Positions 1 through 13,828 of a stretch of 64,000 nucleotides of DNA are shown piece by piece. Location: the NCBI RefSeq assembly GCF_963921235.1, contig NC_086097.1:26476001-26540000 (forward strand), read 5' to 3'. This stretch comes from Mobula hypostoma (taxonomy: Eukaryota). Under the pieces are notes generated by a model, which saw only the letters and a list, made by a program, of their open reading frames with translations, was not told the DNA's origin and searched no databases. Numbering within the stretch: the first letter of the stretch is position 1; each line of letters starts with the position of its first letter. The translations under genes and the position numbers were made by a program.

Positions 1-665
1 GGAACGTACCTATGCAGAACTCCACGCAAATATTCCCTGAACATTTGCCACATTTCTTCTGTACGTTTCCCTGAGAACATCTGTTTCCAATTTATGCTTC
101 CAAGTTCCTGCCTGATAGCCTCATAGTTACCCTTACTCCAATTAAACGCTTTCCTAACTTGTCTGTTCCTATCCCTCTCCAAACCTGTGGTAAAGGAGAT
201 AGAATTGTGATCACTATCTCCAAAATGCTCTCCCACTGAGAGACCTGACACCTGTCCAGGTTCATTTCCCAATACCAGATCAAGTACATCTCTCCTCTTG
301 TGAACTTATGTATATATTTCATCTTTTCACTCCTTACGGCTTTTTTAGTCGCCATCTGATGGTTTTTAAAAGCTTCCCAATCCTCTAACTTCTCACTAAT
401 ATTTGCTCTATTGTATGCCCTCTCTTTCCCTTTTATGTTGGCACTGACTTCCCTTTCCAGCCATGGTTGTGTCATCCTACCTTTGGAAGACTTCTTCTTC
501 GGCATGCATCTATCTTGCACCTTCTGAATTAACTCCAGCCATTTGCAGTTCTACTCATGTCACCTTTCAGCTCCTCGCTCATGCCCCTGTAATTCCCCAT
601 ACTCAACTATAATACTTCTACATCTGACTTTAGCTTCTCCCTCTCATATTGCAGGGTGAATTCTA
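1..665 (-). mobile_element. CR1 LINE ORF2 fragments (two subfamilies)
   Basis: Minus-strand ORF 92-520 and flanking sequence are homologous to the CR1 ORF2 region seen at 51605-52000. Confidence 0.75.
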
Positions 666-1645
666 TCAAGATGATGACACATCACAACAGCAGTGAAAAT
701 GGAGGAAGGCTGCAGCAGCGAACGACTCCCAGTGGAGACCTGCACTCCATGCCACTGGACCCTAGCTCCGATCAGTCAAGGACTGTATAGTGGCTGCCTG
801 CGCATCAGCCTCCCCACTTTAAACAAAGTCACACGCAGGCATTCTTCATTAAGGAAATCCACCCTACCATCTCACTAAGTGGACCTGTCTTTACAACCAC
901 CTGAGGGTCCACCAATAGACAACTCCTTAGGAGAACATTATACAAACTCGAGTGATCGCACTACTATAATCATACAGTAAGATAATACAAAATCTGGTTC
1001 ATGTTTAATATAAGCATCTAGCCAGTTCAAAGTCCTTTGTCATTGTTTTGTTTAACAAAATGAAAACGCAAAGTCAGAATGCAATAGCACAAAATGTGTG
1101 TCTGTCAATTCAGAAATAATGTTCAAGGCTTCCTCAAAAATGTAATGTATGGTTCACCTTTCACAAAATGTACAATTTCAAGGAGCTGCCTGATGGAAGT
1201 GAGCAACCACTGTTCTCCACACAGTGACAGCCAAATACAGATAATCCTTGATAAATCACTGCTTAAGCTTCATCTGGAGTTGAGAGTCTAATTCTGGTCA
1301 CCACTATTTATGAAGGTTGACAGCGCTTTGAAGAGAGTACACAGAGAGAAGAATTACTAGCAGGATTGAGTTGAAGTTATAAAGAGCTGGAAGGTAGGAC
1401 TGCTGTACTTAGAGCAGAAAAGGCAAAGAAGAGACTTAATGGTGTTTCATACTGCATAAAGCAGATTTAGTTATCACATATACATTGATACATACAGTGA
1501 AGTGCCATTTGCAGTAACAACCGACATACTTGAGTATGCGCTGGGGCGGGCCGTGAGTGTCACCACACATTTCATAGCGTGCCCATCGTGTTCAGCAGAA
1601 CAACACAGGCAACAACAGTAGAACAGGCTCCTTTCCCATCCACAT

Positions 1646-1679
<34 letters not shown>

Positions 1680-1874
1680 ACCTCCAATCCCAGAACAGGC
1701 TGCCTCCATTCCCCGAACAGGCTGCCTCCATTCCCCAACCACCAGCCCTTGGCCCTGGACTTTCAGAATCACAGACATCCCAACCCTTCAGCCACCACTC
1801 CCAGCACAGTAACTCTCGCAAAGTCTTGACAAGATCTCCTCCGATTTTACCCTCTTTTGCAAACCGAGTTAATT

Positions 1875-2245
1875 CCCCCAACACTGACAAAAAAGCCTCC
1901 AGCAAATTTCTACAGATGTACTGTAGGGAGCATTCTAACTGGTTGCAAAACCGTCTGGTATGGAGATACCAATGCACAGGATTGGAAATTCTTGAAAGGG
2001 TTATAAACTCAGCAAGCTCCATCATGGGCACTAGTCTTCCAGCAACAAGGACATCTTCAAAAGGTGATGTCTTGAAAGGGCGGCACCCATCATTAAGGGC
2101 CCTCACCAACCAGAACATGTCTTTCCATTACTACCATCAGAGAGGTGGTACAGGAGCCTGAGAACACACAGTCAACATTTTAGGAACAGCTACTTCCCCT
2201 CTACCATTAGTTTTTCTCAAGGTCCATGAACCCAAGAACATCGTG
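1875..2245 (+). mobile_element. Rex1/Babar-type LINE 3' fragment
   Basis: Decayed homologue of the 'YRCTVESILTGCITVWYG...SIIKD' C-terminal region of the element at 2928-5375. Confidence 0.65.
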
Positions 2246-2927
2246 ATTTTTGTCACTGATAGTTGGTGAGTAATAACGAGCAAGACAATTCAGAACTGTT
2301 TTGCTTACTGCAGTTTCAAGCACCCAGGCTTGGAGATGTTGGGAACGGCCAGGAGTGAAAGTGAAACAACACACATAAAATACTGGAGGAACTCAGCAGG
2401 CTAGACAGTGTCTATGGAAAGAGTACAGTTGACATTTCAGGCCGAGACCCTTCAGCAGGACTGGAGAAAAAGAAGATGAGCAGTCAGAGTAGGAAGGTGG
2501 AGGGGAGCAGCACTTTGTATGTGTTGCTTGGATTTCCAGCATCTGCAGATTTTTTTCTTGCTTATGATAGGAGTGAAAATGAAACGAGTTCACTACTTCA
2601 GCAGGTTAGAAACTCGGAAGAATTCAAAAGTATCGACAATCATCTTGAATGCTATTTAAAAACTAATCGCTCTAAGCACGGTGTAGATGTCTAACAGCCA
2701 CGCAAGTGCACGTGACTGATAGTAGTTAGAAACTGTTCAGCAACAGCTTCCTGCCCTGATTAAGCTACATTGTTTCCCAAATAAACGAAGGGAATCATGG
2801 CTATTTTCTCAATTTAGTTTTTGTTTTTTTTAAAAAGAATTTTCCCAAAGAAATGGCCATCCAGATGAACCGATAACCCTATCAACTGGAATCCACTATA
2901 TTTATTTATTTTTGCGATTATGGTATA

Positions 2928-5375
2928 TCAGAATCAGATTTATTATCACCGCCATGTGATGTGCAAATTTGTTAGCAGCAGTAGTACAATGCAATACATA
3001 ATCTAGCAGAGAAAAAATTAATAATAAATAGGTAAATTAATTATGGTATATGTATATTGAATAGATTTTTTTAAATGTGCAAAAACAGAAATACTCTATA
3101 TTAAAAAGAAGTGAGGTAGTGTCTAAAGATTCAATGTTCCTTTAGGAATCGGACGGCAGAGGGGAAGAAGCTGTTCCTGAATCACTGAGTGTGTGCCTTC
3201 AGGCTTCTGTACCTCCTACCTGATGGTAACAGTGAAAAAAAGGCATGCCCTGGGTGCTGGAGGTCCTTAATAATGGACGCTGCCTTTCTGAGACACCGCT
3301 CCCTGAAGATGTCCTGGGTACTTTGTAGGCTAGTACCCAAAATGGAGCTGACTAGATTTACAACCTTCTGCAGCTTCTTTCGGTCCTGTGCAGTAGCCCC
3401 TCCATACCAGACAGTGATGCAGCCTGTCAGAATGCTCTCCATGGTACAACTATAAATGTTTTTCAGTGTATTTGTTGACATGCTAAATCTCTTAACTCCT
3501 AATAAAGTATAGCTGCTGCTTTGCCTTCTTTATAACTAGATTGATATGTTGGGACCAGGTTAGATCCTCAGAGATCTTGACACCCAGGAACTTGAAACTG
3601 CTCACTCTCTCCACTTCTGATCCCTCTATGAGGATTGGTATGTGTTCCTTCGTCTTACCCTTCCTGAAGTCCACAATCAGCTCTTTCGTCTTACTGACAT
3701 TGAGTGCCAGGTTGTTGCTGCGGCACCACTCCACTAGTTGGCATATCTCACTCCTGTACCCACTCTCGTCACCAGCTGAGATCCTACCAACATTGGTTGT
3801 ATCGTCAGCAAATTTATAGATGGCATTCGAGCTATGCCTAGCCACACAGTCATGTGTATATAGAGAGTAGATCAGTGGGCTAAGCACACAGTGAGGAGGA
3901 AATGTTAACACAGTTAGGAAGTTGAGGATTCAATTGCAGAGAGAGGTACAGAGGCCCAGGTTCTGTAACTTCTCAATCAGGATTGTGGGAATGATGGTAT
4001 TAAATGCTGAGTTATAGTCGATGAACAGCATTCTGAAGTAGGTGTTTGTGCTGTCTAGGTGGTCTAAAGCCGTGTGAAGAGCCATTGAGATTGCATCTGC
4101 CGCTAACCTATTGTGACGATAGGCAAATTGCAATGGGTCCAGATCCTTGCTGAGGCAGGAGTTCAGTCCAGTCATGACCAATCTCTCAAAGCATTTCATC
4201 ACTATTGATGTGAGTACTACTGGGAGATAGTCATTAAGGCAGTGAAAATGGAGACCACAGGGTCATCAGGTGCAGCAAGGATCTTCACAGCTGTAGTTCT
4301 GTTCTCACTTTCAAAGCGGGCATAGAAGGCGTTGAGTTCATCTGGTAGTGAAGCATTGCTGCCATTCATACTGTTGGGCTTCACTTTGTAGGAAGTAATG
4401 TCTTGCAGACCCTGCCAGAGTTGCCGTGCATCCCATGTCGCCTCCAACCTCGTTCAAAATTGTCTCTTCGCCCTTGAAATAGCCTCCGCAAATCATACCT
4501 GGTTTACTGGTTTAGGCCTGGGTCACTAGACTTGAATACCACAGATCTAGCCTTCAGCAGACGATGCACCTCCTGGTTCTGACACGGCTTTTGGTTTGGG
4601 AATGTACAGTAAGTCTTTGTGGGCAGACACTCATCCAGGTTCGAAGATGAATCCCTGAATACAGTCCGAATCACCGATTCAAAGCAGTCCTGTAGGCACT
4701 CCTGTGCTTCCCTTGTCCAAACCTTCTTGGTCCTCACTACTGGTGCTATAGTCTTCAGTCTCTGCCTATACTCAGGGAGTAGAAGTACAGCCAGGTGATC
4801 AGACTTCCCGAAGTGAGGATGTGGAATAGCACGGTAGGCATTCTTGATGGTGGTGTAAGAATGGTCCAGTGTGTTGTTCCCTCTGGTATTGCAAGTGATC
4901 TGTTGATGGTAATTGCTTAGTGATTTTTTCAGACTGGCCTGGTTAAAATCTCCCAAAATGATGGTGAAGATGTTAGGGTGTGCTGTTTCGTGCATGTTGA
5001 TCCCATTGCTCAGATCATCTAAAGCCTGCTTGACATTGACCTGAGGTGGAATGTAAATTGCTACCAAAATGACCCCAGAGAACTCCCAGGGTAGGTAAAA
5101 AAGGACAGCACTTAACTGCTAGATATTCCAGGTCAGGTGAGCAGAATTGGGACAGCACTGATATGTTTGTGCACCAAGAAGAGTTGATCATGAGGCATAC
5201 TTCTGCACCTCTGCTTTTGACTCTAAAGAACTATCCCGACGGTGTAATCTGCCAATCTGAATCGCTGCATCTGATATGGAAGGGGTTAACCAGGATTCCG
5301 TGAAACAAAGGACACACGCGATCCTAATGTCCCTCTGATTCAGCCCCCGGTTCTGAAATCATCAATTTTATATCT
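2928..5375 (-). mobile_element. Rex1/Babar-type LINE (endonuclease + RT, internally deleted, frameshifted)
   Basis: AP-endonuclease motifs (AIYIPP, ILGDFN, GKSDH), RT motifs ([23 protein letters not shown]) and a (CTGATT)n-type 3' tail near 2928. Confidence 0.88.
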
Positions 5376-5499
5376 CATATATTGCACTGTGCTGATGCCA
5401 CAAAGCAACAAATTTCATGACGTACCTCAGTGATAGTAAACCTAATTCTGATTCTGACCTTTACCATTGGCTGCCCTGACCTTATGCATTGGAATTTTC

Positions 5500-6066
5500 T
5501 TACTAAACCTAAATGGAAGAGAATACAAAAAGTGGTGGATACAACCCAGTCCATCACAGGCAAAGTTCTCCCATCACTGAACAAGTTGACAAGAGGAGCT
5601 GCCATAAAATGCAGCATCGACCATCAAGGGCCCACATTATCCAGGCCATGCCCTCTTATTGCTGGTGCTATCAGGCAGCAGATACAGGAGCCTCAGGTCA
5701 CACACCACCAGTTTCAGGAAGAGTTATCACCCTACAAACATCAGGCTCCTGATCAGTGTGGATAACATCACTCACCTCAGCAGTGAACTGATTTCACAAC
5801 CTATGGATTTGCTTTCAAGGACTCAACAATTCATGCTCTCGGTATAATTATTTCATTATCTATCGGCTATTTATTTATGTTAGTTGTAGTGTTTGCAAAT
5901 TTTGTCTTCTTTTGCACATTGCTTGTTTGTCAGTCTTTGTGTGTAGTTCTTCATTGATTCTATTGTACTTATTTGTTCTACTGTGAGTGCCTGTAAGAAA
6001 ATGAATCTCAGGGTAGTATATGGTGACAAATACGTACTTTAATCATGGATTTACCTTGAAATTTTG
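5500..6066 (+). mobile_element. Non-autonomous Rex1-derived repeat (abundant family; other copies at about 7335-7915, 21305-21860, 21985-22277, 30236-30738, 38115-38380, 39545-39965)
   Basis: Shared 'gaatctcagggtagtatatggtgaca...aataaatttactttgaac' 3' end and decayed 'QKVVDTAQSITG' coding remnant in many copies. Confidence 0.7.
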
Positions 6067-7511
6067 CAACCTGGAATTTGCTGTGCAAATAAGATCACAC
6101 ATTAATGCATGCAAACTGCACGGCAAATCTCAGATGACAAATATGTAAAACTGTGGGTGCTAATGGATGCCCCATCAAACAAAGCCTCAATATATTGCAA
6201 GAACATCAATAATAAAGATTCAAACCCACTAAAAAATTCTGGTGGACCAAGCAGAGAATTCATATATTCAAGTATTGTCCAGCATCATACAAAAGGATTA
6301 ATTTGGATCGCCGTTCCATCCACCCACTTGATTTCAATTCCATTTCTACCTTGTAATAATCTAACCATCTTACCTTAATGATTATTCAGTGAGATCACCT
6401 GCTTTCTGTGGGATAGCTTCACAATTTTACCACCCACTCAAGTGAAGGAGGGAAAATACCTACATTAATAATTTATTTGAATGAATTCAAGACAGGAAGG
6501 AACACTATTTGTTTTCAATACAGCACAATAATTCAAAGAAAGCAAAATCAGAATGATATTCATCCTAGTCTTTACAAAGAACACTTAAGTCAGCCCATTC
6601 TGATTATCATCCCATTTGTTTATGTAGCAATAAAGTGTCAAACATCCCAATCATCTCTGAAGTTCCGTAGGTAACACAGCTATTTGGTTATCTAGTCACG
6701 ACAGAATTGGAACTATTGTTCATGAGCCACTTGCCAAACTTGTTCTGCATGACCTAGTACCTTCAACCATACTTATAAAACAAATATGTATTCAACTCGT
6801 CGGAAGGACACTATTGTTGATAGTTGGTCCAACATCTTCCACAAGTCAGAGATAATATTTTCTTCTTACGTTTCGTTATATTTGAATATAGAGCATCTTG
6901 ACACCACAAATTTGTCACTTAAAAATAAAAATGAGTCAATTCACTGTTCTTATTCTGAACCTCAGGAATTAGCCTTACTGCTTTCCAATCCTCATTAGCA
7001 GGATGCATTACACCATTCAAAGTAGCTCCTAGCAAATAGTTACACCTTATACTATAAATATCTACACAATAACAATTTACCTTAGCAACAACCAGTGATA
7101 ACAATTTACTGAGTACAGACAAATTCCACTGAACCACTCACTGTATGACCTATTCATTTAATACTTCGTATTTTCCTGAGAAACAACTGTGCTCGAGGCC
7201 GCTCAGTTGCTCCAAGTGTGAAAAGGGATATACTAAGCCTTCCAATTTTCTACAACACCAGCAAATTCACACTGAGCAGAAAGTTTAAATGCAAGTCCTC
7301 CCCGTATGTGGGTGGCTGGTGGGAAAAAGGCTTGTTCAAGTTAAATTTATTATCAAAGTACACATATGTCACCATATACAACCCTGAGATTCATTTTCTT
7401 GGGGGCATAATCAATAAATCTAAAGAATAATAACCATAACAGAATCATTGAAAGACCTCACCACCTTGGGTGCTCAGTCAGTGTGCAAGAGACAACAAAC
7501 TGTGCAAATCC

Positions 7512-7640
7512 AAAAAGAAAGAAAGAAAGAAAGAAAGGAAGGAAGGAAGGAAGGGAGGGAGGGAGGGAGAAAGAGAGAAAGAGAGAGAGAGAAAAAAGAG
7601 AAAGAAAGAAAGAGAGAAAGAGAGAAAGAAAGAAAGAAAG
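7512..7640. repeat. Compound purine microsatellite (GAAA/GGAA/GGGA/GA)n
   Basis: About 130 bp made only of A and G on the + strand. Confidence 0.95.
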
Positions 7641-8407
7641 ATATTGAGAATATGAGATGAAGAGTCCTTGAAAGTGAGTCCATTGGTTGTGGGAACATTT
7701 CAAGGGTATGGAAGTGAAGTTACCCCTTTGGTTCAACAGCCTGATGGTTGAAGGATAATAACTTCTTGAACCTGGTGCTGAGAGTCCTGAAGCTCATGTA
7801 CCTGCTTCCTGATGGCAGCAGCAAGAAGTGGGCACGTGCTGGGTGGTGGGGGTCCCCGATGACGGATGCTGCTTTCCTGTGACAGTGTTTCACGTAGATG
7901 TGCTCAGTGGTAGGGAGGACCGTTTTGCTGTCTTTGGTTTGTTACATGTTGAGTTTGGTTCTGTTGTGTTCTGTGTTGTTCTGCCAAGCATTGTGAATAT
8001 GCACTGTTGGTGCCAGAATATGTGGCAACACTTGAGGGCTGTCCTTAAGTACATCCTTATTGGCTGTTAATGCCAACGCACATTTCTCTCTACGATTCCA
8101 CATACATCAAATAAATAATTCTAATCTGATAAATCTGAGATTAAAAGATGATCTGAGCATAGAAGCTAACTGCAAAGAGCGTGTGATGTGATTTCTCAAG
8201 GACTCAATGCCAAATCCCCACTACTACCTGCAACATGCCAGGAAGTCCTTCAGTGGGAACGTACACAGTGGAAACAATTTCCCTTAACTAAAATTAATCA
8301 ACCACAACCACGGTTGAGCATTGTCTACTGAAATGCAACACAGCAGCTGTGTCAAGCATATGGGAGGACTCCAAATCAGTTAACAATATGTTGAGCAGGA
8401 ATAAGTA

Positions 8408-8670
8408 CAGGTTCAGTACTGCTTATCCAAAATGCCTGAGGCCAGAAACGTTTTGGATTTTGATTTTTTTCGGATTTTGGAATATATAATGAGATAGCTT
8501 GGGATTGCCATCATTCCCAACTCTGAATTTATGTGCTACTGGTAAGATATCTTTGTCTTACACTTGTTCATCACACATATGTACTTATGGTAAAAATCAT
8601 ACAATACCATTAATATAATGTGTGCAGGATAACAAAAGCAGCACAACAGCATCAGGAGAATACCTGAATT
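8408..8670 (+). mobile_element. Tigger4/Zombi-like pogo DNA transposon left end
   Basis: TA|CAGGTTCAGTACTGCTTATCCAAAATGCCTGAGGCCAGAAACGTTTTGGATTT resembles the Tigger4/MER46 terminus as recalled. No right TIR found. Confidence 0.6.
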
Positions 8671-11600
8671 GGAAATAGGTCAAAAGGATGCTAAACCAAA
8701 ATGTAAACAACTATCTCCATCCTTATTTAAAATTATCAGAGGAAGAGATAGGGCAAATGCAAGCAAGCTGTTTCCACTGAGGTTGGTTGAGACAAGAACT
8801 AGAGGGCATAGGTTAAGGGTAAAAGGTGAAATATTTAAGGAGACCCTAAGGGGTCTTCACTCAGAATGTGGTGCAATTATGGAATGAGATGCCAGTGGAA
8901 GTGGTGGATGAGGGTTCGATTTCAGCATTTAAGACCAGTTCGCATAAGTACATAGAATGGTCCAGGGGCAGGTCGATGGGACTGGGCAGAGTAAGAATGT
9001 GCATAGACAAGATGGGCCAATGGGTTTGTTCCTCTGTTGTAGTGCTATATGACTCTACAACCATGACTCTTTTATTCACCATTATTAGGTCAATAAACTG
9101 GGCTTCACAAAGCAGGATGTTACTGGGGAACAATAACCACAAGAATTCAAAGTGTTTCAGGCCAACATATCCTTCCATGCACGTTGGGAATCTTAAACAT
9201 TCAATACCCATGTCAAAACTCAAATGAACAAGAAAACTGCCTCTGGATGGCATGTTGAGCACTTAGGTTCTGAAGCAGATTGTGACAAAATTACAATCTA
9301 GCCCAATATTTACATTAAAGCTCCAAATGCCAACAGAACTTGCCTCTACTGCATGTTATTGCATGAAGCTGCATGTTATGATCCATTCTGCAATTGAGCC
9401 CCACCCACCAAGAAAGCAATCCAACTGTACAAGAACAATGGGCACAGTTTAGCATTTTATAGAAATTTCTGTAACAAGTGCACAAATGGCAAGGCCAATA
9501 TCCCCACATCCAAACTACTTTGAAAGTGTTGACAGTGGCCCACCTCAGAATCAGGTTTATCATCACTGACATATATTGTGAAATGTGTTGTTTTGCAGAT
9601 ACAGTACAGTGGAATACATAATACACTATAAATTACAATAATAATTAGTGCAAAAAAAGAGCAAAAATAACGAGGCCATGTTCATGGTTTTACAAGCAAT
9701 TCAGAAATCTGATGGCAGAGGGGGAGAAGCTGTTCCTAAAATGTTGTGTGTGTGCCATCTTCTCTGATGGTAGTAATGACAAGAGAGAATTCCTGGGAGG
9801 TGAGGTGGCCCTTAGTAATGGATGTCGAGGCATCAGCTTTTGAAACTGTCCTTGATGGTGGAGAGGCTAATTCCCAAGTTGAAGCTGGTTGATTCTACAA
9901 CCCTCTAAGTGAATTTCCACCTTTTTGAAACACCATACTCACATTGATGATGATGCTACTGAAATGCTTTTCCGTTGGGTTTTCAGGATTTTATTCAAAT
10001 AACAAAGAAGGAACCCTGATCATTCTCCAAGTGTAGCTTGGCTCATAACTTGGAAGGGATGTGGAGAGGCTGCAAGTTTTCTGCTCTTGTCCATCTCATA
10101 ACCGGATGTCACAAATAAAATCATAGTAAAAAAAAAAAGAACCCCCTAGCAAGTACATTTTACTCTCCAAATTACAGTATGTTCTCCAGCTTCTTCCCCA
10201 GAACCCTTAAGCTTTCCTTCTTTCAAGTACCAGTGCAATTCCCTACTGAAAGTGGAAAAGGAAGCTGCATGCAAAACCTTTTTTCAGCAATGAACTGCAG
10301 ATCAACAATACTTATGGATTTTCTCTCCACAGAGGCTGCCTGGCCTGCTGAGTGTTTCCAACATATTGTGTGTCAGATTTCCAGCATCAATAATTCCTTG
10401 CTTTTCCATTTCAGGACTATTCACTGAATAGGATCATTTTTTGCTCTCACGTTACCTTATACGAAGTTCTTTCTTACCCCCTAGATTCTTCTATTGATGG
10501 AAATCTCTTTTTCCTTCACAGACTCTCCACATCCTTAATGACTTTATATATTTGTATAATGGTTCATTATAGGAAGAATGTGGAAGCTTTAAAGAGGGCG
10601 CAGGGGAGATTTACCAAGATGCTGTCTGGATTAGAGAGCTTGTCTTATGGTATGGCATTCTCTCTCTGAAGTGAAGGAGGGTGAGAGGTAACTTGGTAGA
10701 GGTGACAAAATGATAAGAGGAAGATATCGAGTGGAGAGCCAGGGACTTTTTCCCTCAGGGCCGAAATGGCTGATACTAAGGAACATAATCTTAAGGTAAC
10801 GGTGGATGGGATGCCAGAAGTAAGCTTTTTTTTAAATTACAGAGAGTGGTGAATGTGTGGAGGATAGGGCTAGATTGATCCTCGTCTAGTTTAAAAGACT
10901 GCACGACCTCGTGGGCTGAAGGGCCTGTACTGTGCAGTATTGTCTACGTACACCTCTACAAGTCACTCTCTCCTTTAAATATGACATTTCAGTTTCATCA
11001 TACAGCATGGAAACAGGCTCTTTGGATCAATGGTCCACTCTGACCAAGGTTGCCCACACAACCTAGCCCAATCTCCAAGCATTTCGCCCATATCCTTCTA
11101 AAGCTTTCCTATTCCCGAACCGAACCTGGCCGACTGCCTTCTAAAAGTTGTTAGGGCACGTGACTCAATCACTTCCTCTGGCAGCTCATTCCACATACAT
11201 ACCATTCTTCATGCCCCTCAATTTTCTATTTAATCTTTTCTTTCCCATCTTAAACCCAAGCAATTCTGCAGATGCTGGAAATCTTGAGTAACACACACAA
11301 ACTGCTGGAGTAACTCAACGAGTCAGGGAACATCTATGGATGGGAAAAAAAGCCATTGATGTTTCATGCTGAGACCCTCTTTAGTTATTGTTTCCCCAAC
11401 CGTGGGGAAAAAGACTAAGTGCAGATGACAGACCCTACCTACATCCTGGTCTATTTTTTTAAATGCAGTTTCTCATTTTCACTAAATCTCTTCTGCAAAG
11501 AATGCAGATCCTTTCAATCTGAACTGCACAAAATACTCCAGCTGAGGCCAAACCTATGTGTGAAAGTGCAGACGACAGAGTCTTGATAATCCTGTATTTT

Positions 11601-11762
11601 GAAGTACAGATATTATGTTAGGAATCTTCAATCTTACACTCAGTCCTTTTCACACTTTGAACAATACAGAACAGATACAGGACTTTCGGCTCAATAGGTC
11701 CATGATGACCACAGTACCCACCCATCTCATCCCAATTTCCTGCAGTTTGCTTTGGATGTCAT

Positions 11763-12075
11763 GCTGGCGCAGTGGTTAGTGCAACACTTTACAGTAGCCA
11801 GCTACAAGATCAGGGTTCAACTCCCACTGCAGTCTACAAGGAGTTTATACGTTTGCCCTGTGACAAGAGTTCCTCTGAGTACTCCAGTTTCCTCTCATAT
11901 GCCAAGATGTATGGGTTCGGGTCAATGAGTTGTGAGCATGCTACGTTGGTGCCAGAAGCATGGCATCACTTGCGAGTAGTCCAGAACAATCTTTGCTGAT
12001 TGGATTTGACAACAAATAAAACACATTTTACTTTGTGTTTCAATGTACATGTGACAAATAAAGCTGATCTTTTTC
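11763..12075 (+). mobile_element. tRNA-derived SINE (V-SINE-like); related minus-strand copies at about 26130-26445, 40412-40716, 43610-43848, 48075-48345
   Basis: A-box-like TGGCGCAGTGG, B-box GGTTCAACTCCC, central 'ggagttt..cgtt..ccc..tactccagtttcctc' domain, and an 'atgtgacaaataaagct' tail. Confidence 0.75.
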
Positions 12076-12182
12076 ATATCCTTCTGAGCCCCACCCCTCA
12101 ATTCACCTACCCAAGTTCTAAAGACTTGTTTACCAAAACTATTCATCATCTTGTTACATTGGAGAATCATAAAGGATTGGTA

Positions 12183-12342
12183 CAGGTCAACCTTCACTAA
12201 TCCGGCACCATTGGGACCTGAGGAGTGAGGAGTGCCGGATTAGTGAAAACGCCGAATTACAGAAGGATCAAACTAAGCATAATCAGTGCTGGATTATCGA
12301 AGGAACCAGATTACAGGTAGTCGGATTAGTGAAGGTCGAATG
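12183..12342. mobile_element. pogo/Tigger-type MITE (160 bp)
   Basis: TA at both ends. Imperfect TIRs CAGGTCAACCTTCACTAATCCGG and (reverse complement) CATTCGACCTTCACTAATCCGA. Confidence 0.8.
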
Positions 12343-12880
12343 TATGTTATTGAGTGGGTGCTCTAAGAATAACTGTGCACACAGACCGTTGTGATCATTA
12401 TTTCTGCTTGAATTATAATTATTGCATATTCCATTTGAACTGGCTGCATTTTTTGCTAAGAAAATTATTGGTGAAAGCGCACCTACTAATTAAGTTTTCC
12501 TCATAGATTTCTCCAATTCTTCACATTTACAATCAAAGCAAAAGAGTTCAATTTTATGTTTGACACTCATCTCCTACCACAGAAACATATGTATCAATTT
12601 TGTGGTGGTTTAGAAGGAAGAGCAATCAATTATCCATCAAAGCTTTCTATGCTTGCAAACTTTATTAATATTTCAAGGAAAGTTGCAGTTCTAAAAGAAC
12701 ACAGAGCCAAGATACGCTAGAACTGAAGTTTTAGCACTTGTTCTCAACTATATCAAGTAAGTATTATGTGGCATGATTTATTTCTTGTCCCTTTCTGTTT
12801 CACTGCACAGGACAATTTGGGTCAGATAAATAGTATGTGATAGGAGAGAATTCTAGGGTCACTTAGCCAAGAAAAGCTGA

Positions 12881-13828
12881 GCTGAGGCATTATAAGGAAT
12901 TGGCCAGACGGCACTTAGAATATGGTAAGCAGTTTTGGGTGCCTTATCTAAGAAAGGATGTGCTGGCATTGGAGAGGATCCAGAGGAGGTTCACAAGAAT
13001 GATCTCAGGATGAAATGGTTAATGTATGAGGAGCATTTATTGGCTCTGGGCCCATACTCACTGGAATTGAGAGGAGTGGGGGGGGGGGACATAATTGAAA
13101 CCTATTGAATACTGTACTGCAAAGCCTAGAGAGAGTAGACATGAAGGGATGTTCCCTGTAGTGAAGGAGTGTAAGATCAGAGGGTACAGCCTCAGAATTC
13201 AAGGACATGCCTTTAGAACAGAGATAAGGAGGAATTTTTTAAGCCACAGTGTGGTGAATCTATGGAATTCAGTGCCACAGATGACTGTGAAGGCCAAGTC
13301 ATTGAATATATTAAAGAAGAAGCTGACAGCTTCTTGATTAAAGTTGCTGGTGAACGCAGCATCTCTAGGAAGAGGTACAGTCAACGTTTCGGGCCAAGAT
13401 CCTTCGACGCAGACTGGGAGATCGGTTCGCTGAACATCTACACTCTGTCCGCTGGAGAAAGCAGGATCTCCTAGTGGCCACACATTTTAATTCCACGTCC
13501 CATTCCCATTCTGATATGTCTATCCATGGCCTCCTCTACTGTAAAGATGAAGCCACACTCAGGTTGGAGGAACAATACCTTATATTCCGTCTGGGTAGCC
13601 TCCAACCTGATGGCACCAGCAACTTTGATGTGTGTTGCTTGAATTTCCAGCATCTGCAGATTTCATCGTGTTTGAGCTTCTTGATTAGTCAGACTGTCAA
13701 AGGTTGCGGGAAGAAAGCAGAATAACAGGGTTGAGAGGGTTAATAAATCAGCCATGATGGAATGGCAGAGCAGACTCAATGGGCCTAATAGGCTAACTCT
13801 TCGCCTATCTCTTAAGGTCTTATGGTCT
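12881..13828 (+). mobile_element. CR1 LINE 3' fragment interrupted by a Penelope insert
   Basis: Decayed 'LVRPHLEY..QFW..LERIQRRFT' and 'RRNFLSHSVVNLWNS' motifs, plus the CR1 3'UTR and tail. Confidence 0.8.
13341..13674 (+). mobile_element. Truncated Penelope insert with inverted 5' terminal-repeat segment and 13-bp TSD
   Basis: AGCTTCTTGATTA is duplicated at 13328-13340 and 13675-13687. Contains the GIY-YIG C-terminus (ATHFNSTSH...EEQYLIFRLGSLQP). The first ~70 bp are inverted pLTR sequence. Confidence 0.88.

Noticed and set aside
2426..2463. Active hammerhead ribozyme (also copies at about 14019, 16757, 24714, 49111, 50340, 58341, 61797)
   Set aside because: Each has core substitutions (e.g. 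CTGCTGA, AAAA for GAAA) or broken stems. They are counted only as decayed family members.
7448..7736. K/E/R-rich and F/L/S-rich ORFs
   Set aside because: They are translations of the purine microsatellite.
11763..11835. tRNA gene
   Set aside because: A and B boxes are present but there is no cloverleaf, and it continues into a multi-copy SINE body.
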